A stretch of DNA of 35,788 nt from Polymyxa betae A26-41 (GCA_003693705.1 RBZT01000739.1:1-35788), one strand, 5' to 3'. Shown: positions 21,477 to 34,106, numbered from the stretch's first letter. Made by a program: numbers and translations. Notes: generated by a model from the sequence alone, not told the origin.

Positions 21477-24400
21477 CTGGCTGCGGCGGCGACAGCCGTC
21501 CCGCTCCAGCCATCGTCGTCGACGGAATCCGACCAGGCGCCATCATTCGGATCCAGCATCTATCTGAGGATCAGCGACCTTATCCAGGACCTCAGTGAAG
21601 CTAATTATGCTTTGGTGTTAGAAGGCGTTGATAATGTAGGACTGCTGTTGTCTCTTTCACAGAGCTCTGTCAGAATGCCAGTTTTCATCACATCACGATG
21701 ACAGATTTGCAACTTCTATTTTCCTATTCGATTCATGATTCTGATTTCGGCTATTAGTTGAGATTAACGTATGGAAAAGACGTTGATTTGTTCCTTCTGA
21801 GGATATATCTCGCCTTGCTGGCAGATTGCAATGGAATCCCAAGGAAGATGCAGCTGCAGGCTGCGAAACTGTTTATCGAGACGAATCGAGACGATGTGAA
21901 CTTTGCTGGTTTGTTTACAACCGCATTCGAGGTGATGGCCTTCTCCCTGGAAAACGTCTTCGTCTAATTTCTCTATTCCAGTCAATCGAAAGCCGAGTCT
22001 GCTCTGATCTATTATCAAGCATTGTTACGAAACTCGACCTTAACGTTGTGACTACGGCGCGCCTGGCGCTGGCGTTGTCGTCGTCCACGACCAATAATGT
22101 CATGAAGCAGGTTCGATATTTGGCATTGCTGCGTATTGCTTTGCTAAGCTCTGTAGGGAATCGAATATCTGAGCACCCATGTGGACGAATTAACCAAAGA
22201 AACCTTCCCCGAACCATTTCTTCACAATCTGTGTTTTTTCTTTCGTTCCACGCTTCTGCTGCCCGAATCCGTTAAAGAGTCATTTTTTAGCAAATTGAGG
22301 TCAGTACGCTACCATTTTGTTCTCAACAATGTTACTCCTACTGGACGCTCTGTTTCATTATCCATTTCGTAACTCTGTTTTAGGCAATCGCATCCGAACA
22401 TCGTGAATTCGTCTGCGTTCATCCCAATATTCAATCCATCCAATCATGATATGACCTCTGTAAGTCCTTTTTTTTTTACATTTCGATACTTGTTTTGACA
22501 AAAAGTTAGGCTCCTCTGTTGGGCTCTTGTGGCGCAACGGTCTCAAAATGCGCATTATCGCAGATGCTTCACGATCAGGGCTACTCTTCGTGCCAATCGA
22601 TTTCACGCTTGAAAGATTTCTTGACGGAATTTTCGCCCATCGACGAAGGCACCGTTGCCGATTGTTTGGCCATGTTCCTGCGAACTGGCGACGGCGAACT
22701 ACCACCGTCTGATGAGACCTTAGCGAGCGCCTTCTCCATGGTCGTTACGCGAGCCTGGAAAGGGCAAGGTCTGTCTCATTGATTGATCGTGTTTGCACTG
22801 TGATACCGATTTGTATGCGTGTAGAGGGTCAAGCTGCCCCATCAGCTCCTGTCGAGGGAAACGTCCTGTCGGACTGGGACTTCGGCCTGTTTTTGACAGC
22901 TGTTAAGGAGGTTGCTCCGCAGCTGGATTTCGGTCGCGTCTTTCGCCTGTTCGATCGCGACGAGTTTCTCATCAAAGTAGTCCTTCTGCTGATTTCGCAG
23001 CCTTTCCCATCATTGACGTTTTTGTCAGGATCAGAAAAGTTTCGAAAAGCTACTGCATATTCATGAGCTCGTCTTTCCAGATTCTGTATTTCCCATTGAA
23101 ATCATTTTTGGTTCGTGGCGGAATCGCGTTGGGCAGCTTTCATTGCTGCGAATGGCGATCGGCTCACCAGGTTTCTGATGCTCGTTTGTTTCGAATCCTC
23201 CTCTAAATTTTTATAGCCATTGATTTCAGCCGCTCTACTCATGTCATGGAACATGTCCCTGGTCTGCCTTCTCTGCCTTCACATCGTCACGGCTATGGGA
23301 TTGGAAATGATGCCTGGAGCTCGCTCGATCTATTGCATACTCTTTTTGATCTGGTTCGTCTATTTGTTCGATCTGAGCTGTATTATGAGGCTGATTTGGG
23401 CAGTCCGATTCGGATCTCTATGGAGCTGTTCGCAATTTGTTCAATGTTCCCATTGAACAGTGTCCCGAATTGCTACTTTGTGCTGCCATTCAAACCAGAC
23501 CTGGATCGACTTTACGCACCGAACTCATCAATATTTTGCTTCCGAAATATTTCCGACAGAACCCGTGCTCTCGTACGTTATTTTCCTCTTATTGTCCATT
23601 CGGTTTCGACTGCTTTTGCCCATATTCGAATATTTTGTCGTCCACCAGTAAAAGGTTTGCACAGATATTGTACTGGGTCACATCTGGCAGCGAGAGCCTT
23701 CCGTTTTGATAGATTTCATGGTACTCATGTACATGGAGGACCGCTCCTTCTTACATCGCATCCTGGATGTCGCGCATGATCTGAAGGATGCTCTCGCTTG
23801 TATTCTGGATGCGAAACCGTTCAACTTCGCCATTGATCTGGCGTGTTTGGCGGCACCGCGCGAGTTTATCAATCTCGACAAGGTAATTTACATTCCGTTT
23901 GGCCGCATTATTGTTTTCAATCATGTTTTAGTGGCTCTCTATGCGCTTAAGTGAATATGGAAACTCGTTCGGGGTTGCTTGTCTGGAATACTTAACCCGG
24001 TCGTTATCTGCTCAGGTAAATTCGTTATTCATCATACATGATTTTCTGATATCGTTCAGCATCCGGTTGCTGCGCCATTCTCTATTGAGATGGCGTCTTC
24101 TTTTATCAACGCTTTGAAAAGCCATATGTCATCTCTAGCTCCGGAGACAGTCGCTCATCTCACAGAGCTTGCGTCAGCGATCCAGCAAGTCGCCGCTATA
24201 TCGGGACAGAAGCCTCCAATATCAACATCTCTGGGACCACCCGCGCTGCCTCATAATCCATCCACAATCAGTGCCAATATCGAAGAAGAAGCGAATTCGT
24301 TTTTCCAGATGATCTACGATGGAAAAATGTCGATTGCAGACGTTATCAATATGCTGGTATGTGGCTATCCCCTTTAAATTATCATTTGTTTTTCATCTGA

Positions 24401-27400
24401 ACCAATACTCATTGGTTTTTGATAGATTCGGTTCAAAAGTCCATCATCGACCAAACGGGAGAAGGATATTTACGTCTGCATGATCCACAACTTGTTCGAC
24501 GAGTACCGCTTTTTCAACAAATATCCCGAAAAGGAACTGCGAATAACGGCGATTCTCTTTGGCACACTAATTCGCCACGATTTAACGACGAGTTTCGACA
24601 CCTCTTTCGCTTTGCGCTATATTTTTGGTACATCGATTCCTTCAAATCGGTTATCCGGTGTATTTATACTGCTTGCAGAGGGACTCCAGAACGCTCCTGG
24701 ATCGAAATTGCATCAATTCGGTTTGTGGGCGCTGGATGAGATTCGGTCTCGTTTGCACGAATGGCCCGATTTCGTCAAAACGCTTGTTGACCTTCCTACG
24801 ATTCAGGATCATGTAGAGCATATTTAATCTTTTTTATCTCATTGTGCTTTTTCAGAAAATTGATTATTTCGGTTTTCCGTGTTCCTGCATACTTATGGTT
24901 TTCGAGCATTCAATATGCGTCTATTTCATGTTAATTTTGGGCTGTGGTTATCCGTCCCTCTTTGTGTTATTCCGCTGATTGAATTCATGCCAAAGGCCGA
25001 TCTGGTTGCGCTGCTGCGCTCAATCGCTGCTCACCCGACACCGGCCGCCAATGCCACGCTGCCGAATGCGCGCGAATCCAGTTCGGCACGACCATCGGAG
25101 CCGTCGCCATCCGGGCCAGCGTCCGTACCCGGCCCGGTCGCAACTGGATCAACGCCTATTGCAGCAACCTCGACACCCTCGGCGACTGCCACTACATCTG
25201 CCAATGCGTCTCTTAAAATCGCCTCGGTTGGCGGTATTGATGCCGTTTTGAAACAGAAGAATTTAGGTTCGCTCAGCAAAGCTTTTGTTTGTTGCGTTGC
25301 TGACATTTTCTCTGCAGTGCTGTTTTCTTCGCTTTCACAAGAACTTGCCGATAAGCTGTCATTCATCGTCAACAATGTCGACATCGTCAATATGAATGCG
25401 AAAGCTGAGGAACTTCGATCGCTATTGACATCCAGCATTTACGGCCCATTCGCTCACTATGTTGTCGTCAAGCGAGTCACCTCCGAGACCAACTTCATCA
25501 AGACGTACGTCAGCCTGGTTGAAACGGTAATACAGCCTGATCTCCTTCAAAATGTTCCGCTTTTTGAAAATGCCTTTCTAGTTGAAGCTTCCTGATTTGA
25601 TTCGTGTGCTTTTGTTGTACACCTACGAGGCCTGCAATGTCCTATTACATTCTCCCACTATCGTCCAATCGTCCCAGGAACGATCGCTGCTCAAGAATCT
25701 GGGGTCCTGGCTCGGCATGCTGACAATCAGACGAAACATACCAGCTCTCGCCAAATACATCAAATTCCCCAAACTCATCATTGACGGGTACAACCAAGGT
25801 TGGTTTCAAACTGGAAACGTTTCACACCTGTTTCAATGATGTAAATTTCTAGGTCGTTTGATCTCTGTGATTCCATTCGTCGCCAAAGTTCTCGAGAGCT
25901 GTTCAGAATCGCGCGTCTTTCGTCCTCCCAACCCGTGGTTGATGTCGCTTGTGTCGCTACTGGCGGAGCTTTATCAACTGGCCGATCTAAAGCTCAACCT
26001 GAAATTCGAAATCGAGGTCCTTTTTCAGAAGATTCAGATCACGTAAGTCGCTTGTCTTTTACAGTTTTGTATCGCTGGCTGATTATCGACGGGCCAGTAT
26101 GTCGGACGTCCCGATTCGCAATTATCTGCCGATCGTGAACCAGGCCCAGAACCTGAACTTCCGTAATCCGTCCGAATTGGCTGCCAGCGAAATTGCCGCC
26201 GGGCTCGCTCCCGCCACTGCCCAATCGCGCCCGGCGGTCACGACGACTTCGCAGCCTGCCGCGCCCTCCGGCCTCGCTCATGAGGCGGGCTCCGCGTCGC
26301 GAACCATTTCAGGTACTCCTGCTGCTTATCATGCTGAAGAGCCGGGTCCTCATGCTCAGGTAAACATTTTCTGCGAATTGTGAACCTTTTCGTCTTTATC
26401 TCACCTTGTTGTGTGAACACTTTCCCGTAAATTTGTGCTTCACAGTTGAGCAAAGATTATTGTTGTGCTTCACATGCAGGAGCGGTTTTGGCGTTGATTT
26501 ATTTGAGGCGGCGTGTTGGGCTGAAACTTGCTCGTAGGGCTATGTAACTATCAATCCGTCCTTGACACTGTTCACGACGAACCCGCGTATGAAGACCTGC
26601 GTGTCGATGGCTGTCGACCGTGCCATTAACGAGATCATCTCTCCTGTCGTCGAACGCAGCGTTCACATTGCATGCATAACCACTCGTGAACTAGTTTGCA
26701 AGGTAAACTTCTGTTTCCGAACCTTACTCTGTGTTAACAATGTTGCAGGATTTTGAAATGGAAGGCGACGAGCTACGAATGCGAAAATCAGCGCACCAAA
26801 TGGTGCAATCGCTAACTTGCTCGTTAGCTCTGGTTACGTGCCGCGAACCTCTTCGCCTCTCAATATCAAATCATTTACGTTCGCTATTGATCGCCAACAA
26901 TGCCGACGCTGCTTTGACAGAACAGGTTTGACATAACATTTTCCATAACATTTCTGCTCGTTGAAATGGTCTCATTCTGGCGTCAGGCTGTTGTTCAGGT
27001 TGCCAATGACAATCTTGATTTCGGCTGTACCATCATTGAGAAGGCGGCATCGGAACGAGCCATGCGCCAGATCGACGAAACGCTCCAAATCGAATATGAT
27101 ATCCGCAGGAAGGCTCGCGAGCATAAACAAATCTATGTCGATGTCGCTTTTGCTCAGGTGCGTCAATGCTCGAATCTTAAATTTTTCGTTTTGTTTTTTA
27201 ACGTAATATTTTGGCGTCGTAATGTTTTCCTCCAGAGCAGCATCAGATTAAATTCTGTTTCAGGGTCGACTAACTCGTTATCCGTCATCTGTGCCCGAGA
27301 CGTTACGCCCGCGACCTGGCCTTATTACCCTCCAGCTCAATGTGTATGACGAGTTCGGTGTCCCGAAATACCCGCCCAGTTCATCTTCGTTGGCGCCGCC

Positions 27401-30261
27401 TTCAGCCACGATTCAGGCCACACTGGATTCACTGTCCACCCTCATCCATCAGTTGCAGAGCGCTGCGACCGCATCTGACAATATCTCTGAAGACCACAAT
27501 GTATTCGATCTTTCAATATTGATGATTGTTCTCTTACTCAGTCTTATTTCAGGCTCGGGCTCTTCTGCTGTCGATCCAACAGATCTTGCAGCAGTCGATT
27601 GAGCATGAAGAAATCGCGCTGCACTTCACCAAATCGGTTTTCGCTTTATATGCCGCACCCAATAACACTCCAGCTCTCATCGAACTTTATCTGAATCTGA
27701 TGAAGGTAAAACGCTTTCTCGGTCTCCTTTTGAGTTGCGCAGTTTGAAACTCTAATCGGAACCGCGAATCAATTAACAATTGCTCGTACAGGTCACCTGC
27801 CACTCGGTTGCCACCGGAGCGAAGCTTGTTACTCTGTGTGTGATCAGTGCCGATGCGCAAACGCCCGGTCCGACTCTGTTTACATTGTCGATTCCATCGA
27901 TGCGCGGCCTGCTTCGTGATGGTCTCGTGATCACTCAGCAGCTCGACTCCCATTATGCCAACCAGTTCTCTTCATCGACAGCGCTCTCTCTGTCCCGTAT
28001 CACATCGCTATGCGCATTGCTGCAGACCTTCATCATCCAGGAACGTATCGTAGCACCTGGCGAATTCCCGCAGACGCTGGAACTGCTGGCCCATCTCTGT
28101 GCCCCTCTGGCTGCTGTTAACCCAGGCCTGCGCGACACCATTCGCGCATTCCTCGATCAGGTTCAATCCAAAGACCATGCGCTGAATTTCAACGTGGACG
28201 ACAAAGTGACCGAGGTCGACAAGGAGGCGTTACCGGCGCCCGAATTGAGCGCCGCCGACGCTCGCGAAACGTACAAAATTCTGTTTAACAAATGGATCTC
28301 GATCTGCGTTTCCCAATCGTCGACGCTGGACGAGGCTTTCCATCAATACCTGACTCTGCTGAAATCTCAGCACATTCTGCAGTCCGAAGCGTCCGTCGAG
28401 GAATTCTGCCGCACTGTCATGGTCGTCGCCATCGAGAAATGCATCGATCAGCTAAAACCGGCCTCGGCCCAGCCAACCCTCAATTATCATCCCATCGATT
28501 CGTTCTGCAAGTTGATCGTCTGCTTGGTGAAGGTAATCAGGCTGCTTTTTTGGCGACATTGGGGTAACCTAAGCGCAGGTTCTTTCAACGACGAACGGTG
28601 GCATGTTCGTGTCGAAGATCAGCCTGCTGACAACTTTCTTCTCCGTCATCGCTGACGTACTGACCCGTGATTTTGAACGCGATCCGGAGCAGTTCGCCCA
28701 GCGGCCTTACTTCCGTCTGATTGTCAATCTCGAACAGGTCTGCTTTTCTTTTTTGTCACTTCTTCCCAACTCAGCCATCAACGATCATCGTTTTCCCTGT
28801 TTTTGTTGTTTGTTTTTGTCTTGACCTTCATTTTTATGTTTTGCTGAAGGACTTGAACGCCAACGATCCCGAGCTGGATCCGATCAGTGTTCCGATTTTG
28901 ATGGCCTTCTCTCGGCTGTTCCATGAGATCCGCCCGGCTCTGGTGCCTGGATTCTGCCTATCCTGGCTTGAGCTGGTCTCGCACCGGACCTTCATGCCTC
29001 GTCTGCTTCAATCCAAGACGCACAATCTCATGCAGATCTTCAAATCACTTTTGGTCGACCTGCTATCGTTTATGCAGGTTCGTTTTAGTGCCATCAGTTA
29101 TAACATCAACTGAATCTTGGCTGCCAGATCTACTTACGTACCCCGTATTTGACCGAAGCAATTCGTTCATTGTACAAAGGTTCATTGCGAATCTTCCTGG
29201 TCCTGTTGCATGATTTCCCCGAGTTCCTCTGCTCCTATCATTTCTCGTTCTGCGATGTGATTCCGCCCTCGTGCGTCCAGCTGCGTAATCTGATTCTTTC
29301 CGCCTTCCCGCGTCACATGCGTCTCCCCGATCCTTTCTTACCGAACTTGAAGGTAAATAATCTTATTGACGTTCTTTGGAAGCATCTTGCTGAATTGCAT
29401 TAGGTTGATGCTTTACCGGAAGTGAAAGAGCCTCCGGTGATCCTATCTGATGTGTGTGCCACTCTGGTCCATTCGGGTCTCTTGACCGAAATCGATCAGT
29501 TCATGGCACTTCATCACCGCCCGGATTCGTTCTTTGCCGATCTACATGCCAAACTACTTCGGCCAAAGCACGAAATCGCCGCCGCCGGTACCATCTACAA
29601 CGTTCAGTTGATTAACTCAATTGTGTTATACGTCGGTCAGAAGGGCATCCACAGCTCGACGGTAAAATCATTTTGATGTTTTAGTTTGCATTGCTATATC
29701 GGGAGTTTTATTTGCTCTCAACAAAATCTGTTGGCCTTTCATTTAACTTGAAATTAGGCGCTCACTGACAATGGCTGTTCCGCAAATACAGCAGCGATGG
29801 AAATTTTCCAAACGTTGACATCACAGCTGGATGAAGAAGGCAGATTTTACTTTTTAAATGCGATCGCCAACCAGCTCCGCTATCCTAACAATCATACACA
29901 TTACTTCAGCTGTGTCTTGTTGTTCCTGTTTGTCGAGGCTAAGAGCGATATCATTCAAGAACAGATCACAAGAGTGCTTTTGGAGCGATTGATTGTGCAT
30001 CGGCCGCATCCCTGGGGTCTTCTAATAACGTTCATCGAGTTGATTAAGAACCCGGTGTATAATTTCTGGAACCATCATTTCACTTACTGCGCTCCAGAGA
30101 TTGAAAGGTTTGTCTTTTTTTTTATATTCGTAGCATTTTTTTTAAACGAGGTTTCCTCCAGGCTGTTTCAGTCGGTGGCACATAGCTGCATGCAATCGGT
30201 TCCTGGAGCGCCTTCACAGCAGGTGCCCTCCCCCGAGGATCCGCTTCTGAACGCAGTATGA
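21477..30261 (+). CDS. CNOT1: CCR4-NOT transcription complex subunit 1 (scaffold), many short introns
   Basis: [119 protein letters not shown] and [14 protein letters not shown] motifs. All traced introns are GT-AG; the start is unresolved. Confidence 0.96.
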
Positions 30262-31105
30262 CGTCAATAATATTATATCCGTCCCTGTACAGAACGAGGA
30301 CAGAATCGGGAAGCGCTCAATGCCTGATGTCCCATATCTAAATCCAACGTGTTGTTTCGTCTTCAATTATCTATGTTAACAATATAGTTCAGCGCCTTTT
30401 TACTATGCTGCCTCTGTTTGTTGTCCAAAATATCCGGATTCCCTAGTACTCCCATTTAAAATAGATTCTGAATTCTGAGCAAATCGAATCCTGAGGCCGA
30501 TACGTTGGCAAATCTTCAGGATTGACCTGGTTTTGCCAATAACAGTTTCTTTTTTGACAATCCTTTATCAAAGGGTTGTGCTCCTTTTACTTTCCGGAAA
30601 AACAGCTAAAATGTGTCAGGCAACGAAAGACTGAATTTTTAAACCTCCAACTAGAAACGAAATCGAGGCGCCAAAAGGTACCGTAAATAAGTGGGCTGCC
30701 AACCCAATCGATATCCACTCTGTCAATGTTCCATATAAAGCAAATCTATACCTCAGCGCAAAGCCCATAAATTCATGTGGCCAAACTCGTACAGTTTCAT
30801 TCTAAATAAACCAAGTTCATGCTGAGTGTTCCATTACTTTTATAGAAAGATAGCTTGTAGATTTGGTCGCTGCAAAAACAGTCTGACGACGACGACAACA
30901 GAGAGTTAATGGAAAGTAGCCGCTGGCATCGTCGGCACCCTGCTGCTACTTTGGGTCCGCAACGATGATATTTAGCATCATGATCCCGACCATGGCCAAA
31001 AAGGCTGTAACGAAGATTTTGTGCGAAATATTCCGTCAAACGATTCCGATGACAACCCTATCCCTGCCTGGATCTTGGATGGAGCTTCTTGGTTGATTCA
31101 CCATA

Positions 31106-31171
31106 TGAGTCATGACTGAACATTTTGAGTCAATCGTTTCAGACACGCTTCGGCTCCCAGCCGATGACTCA
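31106..31171. promoter_or_regulatory. Cluster of three TGA(C/G)TCA (AP-1/GCN4-type) sites upstream of His-rich gene B
   Basis: TGAGTCA at 31106-31112 and 31126-31132, TGACTCA at 31165-31171, a near match TGATTCA at 31094-31100, and TATA-like ATATAA near 31221. Confidence 0.65.
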
Positions 31172-31286
31172 GGCGTCGAGCTCCATCTTGTGTGGATATG
31201 ATGGCCACCTTAATTCATTCATATAATCAGTTAGTTTTCTCGAACGCTCTATTTTAAAGTCGAACGACACTCACCTATCGAAAGCA

Positions 31287-31703
31287 ATGAAGACCACTTC
31301 GATCCTCGCCTCGATTGCCCTGCTGTTGGCCGCCCCTGTCCAAATTCAGGCTGGTGATGCCGCTATCGACGTTCTGAACGGTGATGGTCACGTCGATAAC
31401 GTCGCCGACATCCGCGGTCTTCATGGATTTGACGGTCACCATGGCGATCACGATGGCTTCCATGGACACGGACACGATGAACACGGTCACGGCCACGGCC
31501 ACGGCGACCACGGCGACTTCGACCACGGCCACGGCGACCACGGCGACTTCGACCACGGCCACCGCGACTTCGAACACCTCGGCCATGACTTCGAGGACTG
31601 GCAAGATGACGACCACTTCATGGCTCATGGTCACGACGTTCCCCACGGATACGATGGATTTGAGCACATCCAGCACGAAGACGGCCACCACTGGGATCAC
31701 TAA
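31287..31703 (+). CDS. Secreted His/Asp/Gly-rich protein (138 aa, intronless), family member B
   Basis: Signal peptide MKTTSILASIALLLAAPVQIQA; mature part is dominated by H, D, G and F (HGHGDHGDFD repeats) and ends EDGHHWDH*. Confidence 0.88.
   Translation: MKTTSILASIALLLAAPVQIQAGDAAIDVLNGDGHVDNVADIRGLHGFDGHHGDHDGFHGHGHDEHGHGHGHGDHGDFDHGHGDHGDFDHGHRDFEHLGHDFEDWQDDDHFMAHGHDVPHGYDGFEHIQHEDGHHWDH
31494..31562 (+). repeat. 30-nt coding tandem repeat (HGHGDHGDFD)
   Basis: CACGGCCACGGCGACCACGGCGACTTCGAC occurs twice, followed by a partial copy. Confidence 0.85.
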
Positions 31704-31787
31704 ACGCGTCCACACATTGCCTTTCCTAATAAACGTAAACAGTATTGGCTGCATATCTTGTCTGTCTTTCTCGATATTCGAATCTCA

Positions 31788-32568
31788 TTACAGATCGGCT
31801 TCGCTGAGATACGGCGCCAGCAATGCATACCAGTTCAGAAGGTACCATCGCCCTGAAGAAGTGTCAAAGGCGATCGTTCAGTGAAATGTCCTGTGTCATA
31901 CCTTCCGAATGACGTAATTCCACCATGATCGGTAGATGATCGGTCGGCATTGTTTCGGTTGGCTCGCGCCATTGCGACCTGGACATCAACACGAACAGTG
32001 ACCGTTGCTGCTGCGTGGCCGTCGTCAGATTACGTCGCGACCCGGTGCGCTCCAGGCGATCGGTGACTCGCGGACGCTGCTGGCGCTCGGCTTCAACAAG
32101 CTCGGCGAACAGACTCGAGTCGCCACAGAAGCTGTCCAGGCGAATTTCGATTTTCACGCCCGTAGCGTCTTCTTTGAAATACGAACGAATTCGTTCGGGT
32201 CGGCCCTGAACCCGAAATCGAATTCGTGATTCTTAAATACAACTAGTTTCGATTCATACATAGAGATGGCGAATTAGAAACTCGTGCTCAGCAGGGCGTA
32301 GACGATTGCCCCCATCTGGGCCGGGTTCGAAGAACGACGGGTGCAGACAATGTGGCAGCATGGTAAGGCCGGCGACGGGCGATTCAGCAAGACGTTGCAG
32401 GGCTAGGCAGGCCATGAGGACAGCGCCGTCCGGGGATCGTGACCGTTTCTGGCAAACATGTGGGAATTCGTCAACGTCAGGGACGGCAGGGATCTCGGCC
32501 AGCAATGTCACCTGGGCCGTGTTGCAAGGACGGGCCGGCGACGCCGACCTCTGTAATCGTGGAGGCAT
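31788..32568 (-). CDS. Hypothetical protein (spliced), unknown function
   Basis: Two GT-AG introns of ~54 and ~49 nt join three segments in frame: ...EHEFLIRHLY|GRPERIRSYFKED...IMVELRHSE|GRWYLLNWYALLAPYLSEADL*. The 5' end may extend to ~32875. Confidence 0.6.
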
Positions 32569-33059
32569 TGCTTACGATGTAATGTTACAGAGCAGCCATC
32601 ATCACCTACAAAGAGAAGCTCCAGTATAGGACGCAACCCGATCAATTTCGAACTTTTTTTATTCGAAAAATGAAACTGTTGGAATCTCTTCGATATCGAC
32701 GCAGGTGACATTCTTGGTGATGGTCGTGAAGATTCAGCGCGCCGTTCGATGAGTCAAGCGGGTTTGAAGGCGTCAAAAGCTCCAGCAAACCATTTCCGAT
32801 TTGAAGATGTTATCTAACCACAATACTTACCTGTTTGAGATAACACTCATATAGAGGCGATGATAATGATGTCATCAGTGGCGAGCGCTGATCATGGTGA
32901 CTGCCACCGCCAGCATCACGATCGTTGGGCAAGCTCTACTGCGGTGCTGTGCTCATCTCACAAGCGTTAAGTTCGACTTAACGATACACTGTATTAAACC
33001 CAACGTTCTGGTAAGAGACCTATCGTCAGTTCCCATCTTCATATCGACCTGCTTCACAG

Positions 33060-33515
33060 ATGTCGTCTGTTGTATTGACGTGCTCTCTAATGGCGCTCAT
33101 GCTGGTGGTTGGGCTCTTCGCCTGTCCGGGGCCGAAAGAGGAGTTTTACATGCGGGCGTTGAAAGATCGCCACGTGATCCAAGGCACGGTTGTTTCCAAA
33201 AACATAACCAATATCCAAGCTGCAGGCCAGGGCGTTGTTGAAGTCATTTACACTATTAAAGTCACGGAATCGTACAAAGGCGACCTCGAGCAAGGCAGCG
33301 TTGTCAATGTTACTTCGAACTCAGCAGATCGGACGTGTGGTCGTGATCTGGAGGCGAATACTGGAGAACACTTTCTACTCGGCATCGATGAGTCAGAGTG
33401 GGGATATTCAACCTACCAGAATAACCTGTTCAGGCATTTGAATGAGGTGACAACTGCAGAAGATCTTCTTCTTGCGGAGTACAAAAGACAGAAGGAACAG
33501 GCCCTGTCTAGTTGA
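33060..33515 (+). CDS. Secreted single-domain TIMP/NTR-like protein
   Basis: A 21-aa signal leaves Cys at mature position 1. VIQGTVVS, IYTIKVTESYKG, VNVTS...TCGRDL and EHFLLG follow the N-TIMP OB-fold pattern. Intronless. Confidence 0.78.
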   Translation: MSSVVLTCSLMALMLVVGLFACPGPKEEFYMRALKDRHVIQGTVVSKNITNIQAAGQGVVEVIYTIKVTESYKGDLEQGSVVNVTSNSADRTCGRDLEANTGEHFLLGIDESEWGYSTYQNNLFRHLNEVTTAEDLLLAEYKRQKEQALSS

Positions 33516-34097
33516 TCATTATTATACCTTCACACTGAAGTCGGCATCTTTGTTGTTTCGTTAAAAATTCAGCTGTATCAAAATATCGGTGTTCTGTGCG
33601 TAGTAATGGGGGAGCTCTACTTCTGACTAACTCCCGATCCAGTCGCGAAAGACCTACCAACTGTCGTTGTCGATTGTGAACCTGCTGGGTATCTGAACGA
33701 TATCGATTTTATTAGATGGAAACCAAGCGACAGAATCCCTATAGATAACAGATGCCTAATAGTATTCGCAGAAGTAACTTTAGAGTTTACAGTAAGTCGT
33801 CAGTCCGGCGACTTTAGAAACGGCGGTGGTTTCACCGACCTCGCAGCCTGGAAGGTCTGACGACGCGGCGAAATTGGTAACTCTGAAAGCATACAGCTGA
33901 TCGTCGTTCTGGATACCACCTATTATTATACAGAGAGAAGCTTCAGCAGAGTGAAAAACTCTGTCGACCTTGGAGCGAATTTTTATTTGAAATAAGTGTG
34001 CTACTGGAAGCTCAGCGATCTAGATCAAAGCGGATGAGGTCTGATGTGCGTTTCGATTCCGATAGTTGGTCGTCATGAATCACAGATAAGATCAGCG

Positions 34098-34106
34098 ATG
34101 AGTCAA
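34098..34106. promoter_or_regulatory. AP-1/GCN4-type site ATGAGTCAA upstream of His-rich gene C
   Basis: TGAGTCA at 34099-34105, ~76 nt upstream of ATG 34181, with a near match TGAATCA ~23 nt further upstream. Confidence 0.55.

Noticed and set aside
31275-31884. Overlapping Val/Ala-rich (minus) and Thr/Ala-rich (plus) ORFs
   Set aside because: Alternative frames of CAC/GAC/GGC-rich sequence naturally lack stops. Only the His frame has a signal peptide and a sensible promoter position.
32823-32833. ATACTTACCTG, identical to the U1 snRNA 5' end
   Set aside because: No correctly spaced U1-70K loop, no ATTGCAC U1A loop and no Sm site follow. It is more simply a consensus 5' splice site (CAG|GTAAGTAT) of the minus-strand gene.
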